From Polyangiaceae bacterium (GTDB lineage Bacteria; Myxococcota_A; Polyangia; Polyangiales; Polyangiaceae), in NCBI GenBank assembly GCA_044376115.1, contig JBILLK010000001.1, positions 96,001-160,000 of the forward strand: a DNA stretch of 64,000 nt, given 5' to 3'. The notes beneath the pieces were generated by a model. The model worked only from the letters and a program-made list of their open reading frames with translations. It was not told where the DNA came from and did no database searches. A program made the translations under genes and the position numbers. Of the stretch, positions 8,263-16,695 are shown in pieces. Every line of letters begins with the position of its first letter. The first letter of the stretch is position 1.

Positions 8263-9849
8263 GTGACAACACCCGGCGAACCTGAGTTCAGCGAGCCGCT
8301 CGAACTCGCATTGCTCGCGCCCTTTCGAGCGCCCGGTCGCGAGGCCGTCTTTCGCCCTGATACAGCCCCTAGTTCGAGCGGGCTCATAGTGGAAGGCGCA
8401 CTGCTCGCGGCGGCCCGTGTGGTCGGCGTCGGCGATGGCGCCACGGTCATCCTGCTGCAGCCTCGGCTCGATCTCGAGCTGCTCATGTGCGAGGCCGTTT
8501 CGATCGCCGAGAGTTGTTTTGGGGTATCGGCCTCGCGGTTCCAGAACTTGTTGCCGCGCTTGCCAGCTCCTGAAGCCATCGCCGAGCTGTTGCGCTCAAT
8601 CGCCCTATCGAACGATGCCTCGCTACCGCCGCCTTCCCTCGAGCGCGCACTCAGCGTTTTGGCGCTACTGCGGCGCAGGAACCGACAAGCAACGCTCCAT
8701 GTACGTTTGCTCGAAGCCGAGCTTCGCTTCCACACCGCAGATAGCCGGGACTTGCGGACCGGCAGCTGGCCGGGCCCGGTGGCGCATTCGCACTCACCGG
8801 GGCTAATCACGCGCTCGCTGCGGCCGGAAACGGTGGAGCTACCCGAGGTCGCCACGGCGATCCAGACGTTGTTCAACGATCTCGAATTACGCGCCAAACG
8901 GCCGATTCGTGGCACCTTCGCATCGACCGCCGACAACCAGGTCTTCCCGGTCCACCTCGTGCCCGCTAAACGAGTGGGCCTCGCGTCGTTCGCGCTCGCC
9001 GCGCAGCTGCTCGACCAGGGCCGCATCAAGCCGAGCGATCTCCCCTCGATCATCGATGAGGCCGACCTCACCGTCGCAGCGCCATTGGAGCTCGATCTGA
9101 CGAGCGCGCGCATCCTCGTGGCCGGGATCGGAGCTGGGCCGGGAACGGCGCATGGCCGAGCGTGCCTGTCGCTAAACGAGGCACGGCAGCAGGGCGCCGC
9201 CGATTCGGAGGGCATCATCTTGTTCGTGCATGAGGTGACCAAAGATGACGCCGATGCGCTGCGCGCAGCCGCCGGCATCGTCACGGTGCGCGGCGGATTG
9301 ACGGGCGAGGCCGCTGTGATGGCTCGCGCGCTATCAAAGCCGTGCATCGCCTCGGGTTCGGCGATGACGCTGACCGAGAGTGAGGTGCGCGGTGGCGGAG
9401 CCACCATTCGGCCTGGAGACGCCATCACCTTGGACGGAAAGACGGGCCTCATCGTGGCCGGCTTCGTACCGCGCAAGCTCGGTTCACTGAGCCCGGAGGT
9501 GGCTCGGGTGCTCGCGTTGCTGCCGAATGAGAACGTGCTCGTGCGCAGCAGGACCGCCGCCGACGTAGCCACGGCCAAGAACCTCGGCGCCGGCGGCGTT
9601 TTCCTCGAAAGCGACGAGCAGAGCGTTCTTGAAGCGGCCCATCGGCTCGCTCTACCCGTATTCGCGCGAGAGCCGCTCAGCGCTGCTCTTCAAACGGCTG
9701 CGCAGCAGCTGAACATTCAGCTACGAACGCTCGAAGTACCAGCCGGCCCAGGCCGAAAAGACGTAGCTGGCTTCCAGGTTTGTGAGCCGGATGACACGTT
9801 GAGCACGCGACTAGCGGCGCTCGCCACGAGCGGCGACGAACCAGCCTGA
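8263..9849 (+). CDS. Degenerate pyruvate phosphate dikinase-like protein (phosphohistidine swivel domain, His replaced by Glu)
   Basis: GIGAGPGTAHG, GIVTVRGGLTGEAAVMARALSKPC, GDAITLDGKTG; residual PPDK-like KR..AS...A.QLLDQGRI and RLAAL segments. Confidence 0.8.
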   Translation: MTTPGEPEFSEPLELALLAPFRAPGREAVFRPDTAPSSSGLIVEGALLAAARVVGVGDGATVILLQPRLDLELLMCEAVSIAESCFGVSASRFQNLLPRLPAPEAIAELLRSIALSNDASLPPPSLERALSVLALLRRRNRQATLHVRLLEAELRFHTADSRDLRTGSWPGPVAHSHSPGLITRSLRPETVELPEVATAIQTLFNDLELRAKRPIRGTFASTADNQVFPVHLVPAKRVGLASFALAAQLLDQGRIKPSDLPSIIDEADLTVAAPLELDLTSARILVAGIGAGPGTAHGRACLSLNEARQQGAADSEGIILFVHEVTKDDADALRAAAGIVTVRGGLTGEAAVMARALSKPCIASGSAMTLTESEVRGGGATIRPGDAITLDGKTGLIVAGFVPRKLGSLSPEVARVLALLPNENVLVRSRTAADVATAKNLGAGGVFLESDEQSVLEAAHRLALPVFAREPLSAALQTAAQQLNIQLRTLEVPAGPGRKDVAGFQVCEPDDTLSTRLAALATSGDEPA

Positions 9850-9907
9850 CGCTCGCGCGCGCCAACGAGTCATTTACAGACGGCATCTCGCGTTGCACCC
9901 TAGGCCC

Positions 9908-10618
9908 ATGGGCATCTTCGACCGCATGGGCAAAGTCATCTCGAGCAACATGAACGCCCTCCTCGACAAGGCGGAAGATCCGGGCAAGTCGGTCGAGTTC
10001 TTGGTCGAAGAAATGAAGGACCAGGTCAAGGCCGGGCGCAAAGAGCTGGTCGAGGGCTTGGCCGCCGAAAAGGTCCTGCGCAAAAAGGTCGAAGACTTCG
10101 ACGTTGAAGTCGAAAAGTGGGAGAAGCGCGCGGAGCTCGCGCTCAAAGCCGACGATGAGAAGCTCGCACGCGAGGCTCTTACGCAGAAGAAGCGCGTCGT
10201 TGGAGAACGTGACCGCGCCGAGTCCCTGCGCGCCGAGCAGCGTGCAGCCGTCCTCAGCATGAAGGCCGAGCTCGAGCGCATGGAAGCGAAGCAGCAAGAG
10301 TACGAGGCCCGCAAAGGAACGATCGCGACCCAGCTCAAACAGGCTCGGGCCGGCGGTGGAGCAGAGGGTCTCGGCGCCAAAGGCAATGGAGGCGCGTTCG
10401 ATGAGTTTCGTCGGATGGAGGCCAAGATCGAGCATCACGTCGAGGAAGCCGCGGCCCGCCGCGAAGTGGACGACGCGCTCGGTGGCGGCACCGATGAGGC
10501 CGCACTCGAAGCGAAGTTCCGTCGGCTCGAGGGCTCGGCACCCAGCGAGGGCGGACCAACGCCGGAGCTCGACGACGAGATATCGCGGCTCAAAAAGAAG
10601 ATTCGCATCGGCACCTGA
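9908..10618 (+). CDS. pspA: PspA/IM30 family protein
   Basis: MGIFDRMGKVISSNMNALLDKAEDP N-terminus, coiled coil, W..RA.LAL, AFDEFRRME. Start moved to ATG 9908. Confidence 0.92.
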   Translation: MGIFDRMGKVISSNMNALLDKAEDPGKSVEFLVEEMKDQVKAGRKELVEGLAAEKVLRKKVEDFDVEVEKWEKRAELALKADDEKLAREALTQKKRVVGERDRAESLRAEQRAAVLSMKAELERMEAKQQEYEARKGTIATQLKQARAGGGAEGLGAKGNGGAFDEFRRMEAKIEHHVEEAAARREVDDALGGGTDEAALEAKFRRLEGSAPSEGGPTPELDDEISRLKKKIRIGT

Positions 10619-10626
10619 GGACCCCT

Positions 10627-11652
10627 GTGACCGAGGCCGTCGTCGTGAGTTTTCGCTGGTCCGCGCTCGAGACCCCTGAGCGCGCCGTTGCGCGCGCCCG
10701 AGCTGCGGCGGTGGAGGCCGCCGAGCTTGGCGGTCGGCTAGCGGGGTTTGGCGGCTTTGAGGTCGCGTTCCGTTTCGATGCCGAGGAGATCGAAGCAGCG
10801 GCGCTGTTCGCGCGCAGCGTGGTTCAGCGCATCCCGTCGCTTGGTCGAGCAGGCATGGCGCGCGGCGCTGTGGCCGCTTTCGAAACGGAGGACGGCCTGA
10901 ATCAGCTCGCCTGGGGTGAGCCCCTCGTGATCGCGGCCGCACTCGCGCGCCTCGCAGAGCTTGGTTCGGTGTTGCTCTTGGAGGACCTCGCCAAAGAGTT
11001 CCCGCATGCGCTGCAAAGCGGTGGCCCCGGCCGGGAGCTTCCGTTCGCGGGGCGAACCCGAGCCACGGTGAAGCTCGAGGCGCTCTCCTTCGAGGCTGAT
11101 TCCGCGGTGATCGAAGAAGCTCCCAATCTCTCGGAGACAGCCCAAGTGCGAGCGGCGCCAGTGATGTCGCCGTCCACGTTTCCCCCAGCCGCAGATCCTC
11201 CGCGGCGCAGTCACACCGGCTCGTACGAAATGCTCGAATTAGCGCGCAGCGCGCTGCTGCGCAGCGACTCCGTTTCGCTCGATACGGCGGTCTCGGAGCT
11301 CAACCTCTCGGCGCAAAACAAAGAGATCGTTGAACGTTTGGCCGGCGTTCTGGCGATGACCCGTGGTGCCAATGAGGAGGGCCTGCGCGTGCTCCGGCGC
11401 GCAGCCGAAACCGAGCAAACCGACGACAAACGCGCACGGGCGGTGCTGGCCTACGCGATCGGTGTCGCAGCCGCGGGCCGTCACGAAGAAGCGCTGCTCG
11501 AAGCTCTCAGCGCGCTCTCGATCACGAGGCAAAGCCAAGATCCAAGCGGAGAACGGGCCTGCGCCAGGTTCCTTGCGCAGCTCGCATTTGCCAACGGCCA
11601 CGTGGACGCAGCGAGCGCGTGGGAACACGTGGCTCAGCGCGCCGCGGATTGA
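10627..11652 (+). CDS. Degenerate class III nucleotide cyclase-like domain + TPR-like helical domain
   Basis: GGRLAGFGGFEVAFRF, RAGMARG and WGEPLVIAAALARLAELGSVLL echo the cyclase fold without catalytic residues; Ala-rich helical repeats at C-terminus. Confidence 0.65.
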   Translation: MTEAVVVSFRWSALETPERAVARARAAAVEAAELGGRLAGFGGFEVAFRFDAEEIEAAALFARSVVQRIPSLGRAGMARGAVAAFETEDGLNQLAWGEPLVIAAALARLAELGSVLLLEDLAKEFPHALQSGGPGRELPFAGRTRATVKLEALSFEADSAVIEEAPNLSETAQVRAAPVMSPSTFPPAADPPRRSHTGSYEMLELARSALLRSDSVSLDTAVSELNLSAQNKEIVERLAGVLAMTRGANEEGLRVLRRAAETEQTDDKRARAVLAYAIGVAAAGRHEEALLEALSALSITRQSQDPSGERACARFLAQLAFANGHVDAASAWEHVAQRAAD

Positions 11653-11658
11653 TAATCT

Positions 11659-12336
11659 TTGCGCGTGGACGCTGAAGTTTGTCTCGGGTGCGGCGGTGTT
11701 GTTGATCCTATCGCGGCCGAGCGATGCACCTGCCCACCGCCTTCGATTCAACCGCGCAGCCACACCGAGGCGCCTACCAGCTATCGCAACGGGCCGGTGC
11801 TGAGTCCGTGTCCGCGCTGTCGCGGGCGGCTCAACATCAAGCGATACCTCGATGCGGACGTGGTCGAGTGCCTGCAGTGCTGTGGGATTTTCCTCTCGCG
11901 AGAGATGGTGGAGAAGCTCGACGGTCCGTTTGGCGGTGCGTTTCGCATCGCCTTCCCGCGCAGACCAGCGCCCGAGCTAGGTCCCGTCAGCTACATCCCT
12001 TGTTTGGGCTGCGGGACACGAATGAATCGCAAGGTGTTCGCCCAAATAAGCGGAGTCATCGTGGACGTGTGCAAAGAGCATGGCGTTTGGTTCGACGCCG
12101 GTGAAGTTGCAGCCATCGTGGCCTTCATCGATGCCGGCGGTTTGAAGACCGCTGAAGCGCGTGAGACGCAGAAGCGCGCCAACGAACGGAAGGCTTTGCA
12201 GCGGCAATTTCAGGTGGTTCACGCAGAGTCAGCGCGCGCGCTGGCGAACATGTACAGCCACCAAGGTCGGGGCGGGCCCGGGGTGGACGCGATGCACACC
12301 CTCGTGGGCATCGACTTCGGTGGCCTCTTTGGCTGA
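11659..12336 (+). CDS. Tandem zf-TFIIB-type zinc ribbon protein
   Basis: CPRC..CLQCCGIFL and CLGC..DVCKEHGVWFDAGE; extra N-terminal CLGC..CTC; TTG start uncertain. Confidence 0.8.
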   Translation: MRVDAEVCLGCGGVVDPIAAERCTCPPPSIQPRSHTEAPTSYRNGPVLSPCPRCRGRLNIKRYLDADVVECLQCCGIFLSREMVEKLDGPFGGAFRIAFPRRPAPELGPVSYIPCLGCGTRMNRKVFAQISGVIVDVCKEHGVWFDAGEVAAIVAFIDAGGLKTAEARETQKRANERKALQRQFQVVHAESARALANMYSHQGRGGPGVDAMHTLVGIDFGGLFG

Positions 12337-12476
12337 GCCGAGGCCGCGGAAGCCATCCCCCCAGCTCATGAGGGTTGCAGCGCGCAGCGAATCTGCGGAC
12401 ACTCGGCGCAGTCATGAGCAACTCGTCCAAAAACTGGACGCGCGCTAAAGCAACCGGCATCGTTAAGGGCGTAAAA

Positions 12477-12890
12477 ATGGCCAGCGTGCAGACATCCAGG
12501 GAGCCGAAGTCGCCAATGATGAGGGGTTGTGTAGCCGTCCTCGGGTTCTTGATCGTTGGGCTGGGGATTACCTCACCTGGGTGTCTTCCCACGCTGCCTG
12601 CGATCCCGACTATCGCACCTGTGGCGCCCGAGCTTCAGATCCCGCAGGCCCCTGAGCTCAAGATTCCCGAGTTCACGCCGCCTACCGTTGAACCCCCCGA
12701 GGGGCCCGAGCTGCCCGCCAAGCCGCCCGAGGGCGAGGGCAACTGCTGTATTCGCAAGGGCAACCTGCTCAAGAAAGAGTGTGAAGGGGCGATGAGCTGC
12801 TGCGTCGACAAGTTCGAGGACGCTGGCGATTGCGAAGAAGTTGAAGGCCTCTGGTTCTTCTCTAAAGAAGGTTGCGCGGGCGCCTGCTAG
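12477..12890 (+). CDS. Pro-rich, Cys-rich putative lipoprotein
   Basis: Hydrophobic signal ending SPGC; APEL.IP repeats; C-terminal domain with 8 Cys. Start may be 12477 or 12516. Confidence 0.65.
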   Translation: MASVQTSREPKSPMMRGCVAVLGFLIVGLGITSPGCLPTLPAIPTIAPVAPELQIPQAPELKIPEFTPPTVEPPEGPELPAKPPEGEGNCCIRKGNLLKKECEGAMSCCVDKFEDAGDCEEVEGLWFFSKEGCAGAC

Positions 12891-12941
12891 CAAGGGTAGT
12901 GCAATGGCTGCAAAGCCGTGCGAACCTTTCCCCTGAAACCA

Positions 12942-14057
12942 ATGGCAAACTCTCGCGAATTTAACCTCGACGCCGTCCGCACGGATGGTTGGTTCGAGCG
13001 CATTGGCGAAGGCATCGGGAGCTTTCAAGCCCTGTGCGAGATCGTCGGCGAGACCTTCTTTGCCTTCTCGATGATCACCGGCGCGAGGATCACAGCGCTA
13101 ACGGTCGATCGTCGGAACCCCGACAACACGCTCGTCGACTTCGTGGTGGGCGCCGCGCCCGATGACGACACCACCGACGCTCAACAGCTGAAGTTGGCAG
13201 ACTTTCGCACCCGCTTGGTCGGTGCCTTGCTCACCGACGACATCTCGCCCCCCGCGCCAGCGGCAGAGGACGTGGAAGCGATCCAGCAGCACATCGGCGT
13301 CCGCTACCTGCTGCTCGCGCCGATCTACGGCTACTCCTTGCGCAAACTCACCGTGACGGGTTCGCACTCGCTGCTCACCCTGCTCCATGACGGTGAAGAA
13401 GAATCGCTCGAGCTGACCGAGTTCCGAGCCCACATCCGCGCGCACGTCCGTGAAGAGCTCGAGCGGGCTTCAGCCGGCCACCGCAGCGCCATTGACCTAA
13501 CCAAGGTGGGTGAAGCCGAGCTCGCCGCCGAGAGCGGCGACTATTCGCGCGTGGTGCAGCTGCTCGCCGCTTGGCCGGCTCCGCTGGCAATCTTCCTGCG
13601 CACGCCCGAAGGGCAAATGCTCGCGCCGGAAGCGCGCTCGCTGATCGCCAAGGGCCTCGGCCTGCTCGGTAGCGCCTGCGTTGAACTGGGCGAGCCGCAG
13701 CAAGGCGAGGAAGTGCTCCGCCTCGGCATCCAGTACGCTCAGGATGGCCCGGTCGCGAGCGACCTCTTCCGCAGGCTTGGGCAAGCCATGCTTTCGACCG
13801 GCCGCCCCGGCGAGGCCATCGGACCGCTGCGCAGAGCCATCAGCCTCGGGGCCTCCCCCAAGGTCGTCTGGCCGATGCTGACGAAGGTGTTCGTCGAGCG
13901 CGAGCGTTATCTCGCCGCCCTGCACTGCGCCCGTGAAGCACGCGCCGCCGGCGTTGAAGAGCCGGAGCTCGTCAGCGAGATGCAGCTGATCGAACAGAAG
14001 CTCGGCAGCGCCCTGACGAAGTGGCGCGGTCTGCTGATCACGTCGAGAAACGGCTAG
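12942..14057 (+). CDS. TPR-containing conserved hypothetical protein
   Basis: Long ORF; C-terminal TPR-like repeats (LFRRLGQAMLSTGRPGEAIGPLRRAISLG). Start may be 12918. Confidence 0.8.
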   Translation: MANSREFNLDAVRTDGWFERIGEGIGSFQALCEIVGETFFAFSMITGARITALTVDRRNPDNTLVDFVVGAAPDDDTTDAQQLKLADFRTRLVGALLTDDISPPAPAAEDVEAIQQHIGVRYLLLAPIYGYSLRKLTVTGSHSLLTLLHDGEEESLELTEFRAHIRAHVREELERASAGHRSAIDLTKVGEAELAAESGDYSRVVQLLAAWPAPLAIFLRTPEGQMLAPEARSLIAKGLGLLGSACVELGEPQQGEEVLRLGIQYAQDGPVASDLFRRLGQAMLSTGRPGEAIGPLRRAISLGASPKVVWPMLTKVFVERERYLAALHCAREARAAGVEEPELVSEMQLIEQKLGSALTKWRGLLITSRNG

Positions 14058-14850
14058 CCTCTCCTGAAGGAGTTACACTTGTGCCTCGTGCGGCCTGCTC
14101 ACGTATGGCCTCATAGTCGCTAAATTCGGTACCGAGCGCTCGATCGAGGACTCGCACGAAGAGGCCGTAGTGACCTGCTAGCCGCACGTGATGCAGCGAG
14201 TGAAAGGCGGTCCCGATGAACACTGCCCCCAGTAGGGACCGCCCAAAGGCTCGCGGCGTCAGCTCGACGTTGCTGTGCGCCGCGACGTTTAATATGTAAT
14301 TCAGCCACAGGTAAATCTCGAGGCCGCGGATGGATACCGGCACGAATTGATTGACCAGTACCGCCGCACCGACGGTCCCCGCGAGCAGCACCAAACGCTC
14401 GAGGACGGAGAATGAGAGCGCCGAGAGTGGCTGGGTTACGCGCGCAACATGATGTTGGCGATGAATCCAGAACAGCGCGCGCGTGTGAAACAGGCGATGG
14501 GTTACGTAAAACCAAATCTCAAACCACACGAACATCAGCAAGAAGGAAGCGGTGACCCACAGCGCACCGTCCAACGTCGGTGAAGCGGTGATCGTTTGCA
14601 GCAATTGGGCATGCAAGACCAGCGCAATAATCACTGCATCCACGGCGACGACGCCGAGCGCGGCGACCAGCTCCTTACGCAGCTGGGAGGACGAGATGGC
14701 CCCTTGCACCACCGCTCGCCGCCGCGCCCACCGCGTATTGCATAGTAGGGTCGCGATGACCGTCACCACGGCGCCGCGAGCGACCAGCATCCCCAAGAGG
14801 AAGAGCGCGCTGCGCACGGTCCCGGGGGTCAACGGTAGCTGCAGGTCCAT
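14038..14850 (-). CDS. Sterol desaturase / fatty acid hydroxylase family protein
   Basis: His boxes HRLFH, HRQHH, HSN, HSLHH; YG; multiple TMs. Confidence 0.9.
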   Translation of the reverse strand: MDLQLPLTPGTVRSALFLLGMLVARGAVVTVIATLLCNTRWARRRAVVQGAISSSQLRKELVAALGVVAVDAVIIALVLHAQLLQTITASPTLDGALWVTASFLLMFVWFEIWFYVTHRLFHTRALFWIHRQHHVARVTQPLSALSFSVLERLVLLAGTVGAAVLVNQFVPVSIRGLEIYLWLNYILNVAAHSNVELTPRAFGRSLLGAVFIGTAFHSLHHVRLAGHYGLFVRVLDRALGTEFSDYEAIREQAARGTSVTPSGEASRFST

Positions 14851-14856
14851 TGGCAG

Positions 14857-15840
14857 CTACAGCTCGGGGAACCTACCCAAGTATTGCAGGACAAAATCGG
14901 GCCGGTCGGTCTGCCCAATATCGAGGCCGTTGGCGAAGTTTGGCTCGTACGCGCTCAGGTCCCCCGAGAAGGAAACCGCGACGTCGATCACGAACAGGTC
15001 AAGCAGCGCGCGATGGCCAGCGGCGTGCACGGCGTCCAGCATCTCGACCGAGCCTTCATTGACCTCGACGATCACCGGCGGATGATCCGCGAAGTGCTCG
15101 AGCTGCTCCGCAAGCTGCTCGGGGCTCTCGACGCGAATCATCGTGAAAAGGTTGGGCTCGATCGCCAGCGCCTGATCGATCTTGTCGACCGAGCTCGTAT
15201 CGAAGATCGCCCAATCGAGCGTGTCGGTCGCGAGCACGGCCGCAACCAGGAGATCCACGCGGTCGGTCTTGTTGGCGTCGATCAGTACGTGCACCTTTCC
15301 GCGGGCTGCAGTCAAAATCTGCTCGAGCGTCGGGATCCGCTCGCACGAAAAATCGCCCGGGAGATCGAAGGTCTTGAGCTCCAACGACTGGATCTCCGCC
15401 AACGTCATGTCGGCCACCTCGCCGGTGCCGAAGGTCGTTCGATCGACCGAGGTGTCGTGGACGTTGACGAGGTAGCCATCCTTGGTCGGCCGAGGGTCGG
15501 TCTCCACGTAATCAATGCCCAGCGCGATCGCCGCTCGCACGCCGGCCACGGTGTCTTCCGGCGCTAATCCGCCTGCGCCACGATGCCCGCTCACCAACAC
15601 CTGGCGACAGGTTCGGTCGGTCGCGCAGCTGATGGGGATCTTGTTGATGCGCTCGGGCTCGCTCGTTCGTGAGCAATCGAAGAGGGACGGAGGAAGGACG
15701 GCGCCGGCTCCACCAGCGCCACCCATCCCGCCGTAACCCCCGACCCCGCCGGACCCTCCGGCACCACCGCTAGCGGTTTCAGCCGAGTCGCACGCCGTTG
15801 CGAGCACCACGCACAGGGCAGGAAGCTTCCAGAGTCTCAC
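14857..15840 (-). CDS. Glycerophosphodiester phosphodiesterase family lipoprotein
   Basis: Lipobox ATAC; Gly linker; GHRG, APEDT, ETDPRPTKDG, HD..VDRTT, IPTLEQ, QTDRP. Confidence 0.92.
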   Translation of the reverse strand: MRLWKLPALCVVLATACDSAETASGGAGGSGGVGGYGGMGGAGGAGAVLPPSLFDCSRTSEPERINKIPISCATDRTCRQVLVSGHRGAGGLAPEDTVAGVRAAIALGIDYVETDPRPTKDGYLVNVHDTSVDRTTFGTGEVADMTLAEIQSLELKTFDLPGDFSCERIPTLEQILTAARGKVHVLIDANKTDRVDLLVAAVLATDTLDWAIFDTSSVDKIDQALAIEPNLFTMIRVESPEQLAEQLEHFADHPPVIVEVNEGSVEMLDAVHAAGHRALLDLFVIDVAVSFSGDLSAYEPNFANGLDIGQTDRPDFVLQYLGRFPEL

Positions 15841-15843
15841 CGC

Positions 15844-16146
15844 TCAGCGATCCTCGGCGAGCTCTTTCTCCAAGGCCGCTAACTCGGTATCGAGGTTCTC
15901 GAGCCCGATCTCCTTATCGGCGGCTTCCTCGAAGTCGGCCTCGGTCAATTGTTCATCGCCGTCGCTGGGCGGAGCAGCGGCGGTCGCTGAGGCAGCGGCC
16001 GAGGCTTTGCTAGTAGGCGCAGCCGCAGAGGCTTTTGACGAGGCCGAGGTTTTGGCCGTAGCGGAGGCTGCAGCGCCACCGCCGTCACCGCAGGCGAGGA
16101 GCATCAGGGCGGCAAACGTCACCCAAACGATTCGAGCGCTGTTCAT
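15844..16146 (-). CDS. Small lipoprotein with Ala/Ser/Lys linker and acidic C-terminal helix
   Basis: MNSARIVW..LLAC lipobox; ATGA overlap with upstream stop; EADFEEAADKEI..ENLD.EL. Confidence 0.8.
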   Translation of the reverse strand: MNSARIVWVTFAALMLLACGDGGGAAASATAKTSASSKASAAAPTSKASAAASATAAAPPSDGDEQLTEADFEEAADKEIGLENLDTELAALEKELAEDR

Positions 16147-16658
16147 TTTGCCGGCTCCGCCTTGAGGGTTTCCATGCGCTTTTCGTGACGAGCCTGCTCC
16201 TGTTCGAGCAGCTTCTTTGTGCGCTCCACGACCTCCGGCTTGCTCGACGCCTCGGCGAGAAACTGAATGCGCTGCAAGCGAGCGACGCGCCGAGCATGCT
16301 TGCGCAGCTCCGCCTTGACGGCTGGGCGCTCGAGCAAGGGGCCCCACTTCTTCTTCAGCTCTTCACGGCGTTCCTCACGGCGCTCTTTGCGCTTCTCGAC
16401 CCAGCTTTGGTGCTTTTCCTTCCAAGGCCCTGTGAGTTCTTCGCGGTTCTCTTTGCGATCGTCGCGACGGTCTTCGCGGTTCTCCTGCCGGTCTTCACGG
16501 CGGTCCTCGCGGTTCTCTTTGCGGTCCTCGCGGTTCTCCTTGCGGTCTTCGCGCCGATCCTCGCGCTTCTCTTTGCGGTCCTTCGGACCGTCGCCCAGCG
16601 CGGGCTGCACCAGGCCGATTCCTCCCAAGACGAGGACGAGCTTCAGTAGACGTTTCAT
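16143..16658 (-). CDS. Secreted highly charged helical protein with REDRKEN-type repeats
   Basis: Signal peptide followed by tandem REDR(R/K)(E/D)N repeats and a coiled-coil C-terminus. Confidence 0.8.
   Translation of the reverse strand: MKRLLKLVLVLGGIGLVQPALGDGPKDRKEKREDRREDRKENREDRKENREDRREDRQENREDRRDDRKENREELTGPWKEKHQSWVEKRKERREERREELKKKWGPLLERPAVKAELRKHARRVARLQRIQFLAEASSKPEVVERTKKLLEQEQARHEKRMETLKAEPAK
16440..16582 (-). repeat. Coding tandem repeat (7/11 aa units REDRKEN / REDRREDRKEN)
   Basis: Repeated tcgcggttctc(t/c)ttgcggtc units on the + strand. Confidence 0.8.
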
Positions 16659-16695
16659 GCGGGCATCGTTCGACGTCCCCCGGAGCTTGTAAAGC

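Noticed and set aside
9881..9897. Sigma54-like CGGCA..TTGCA upstream of pspA
   Set aside because: GG to GC spacing is 11 rather than 10; a sigma70-type leaderless promoter fits better.
8139..10942. Long antisense ORFs (479 aa and 421 aa) and similar shadows elsewhere (e.g. 2679-3776, 39593-40537)
   Set aside because: Typical high-GC shadow frames opposite well-supported genes, with no motifs.
16440..16582. Tandem repeats as a CRISPR array
   Set aside because: In-frame coding repeats, no unique spacers, no cas genes.
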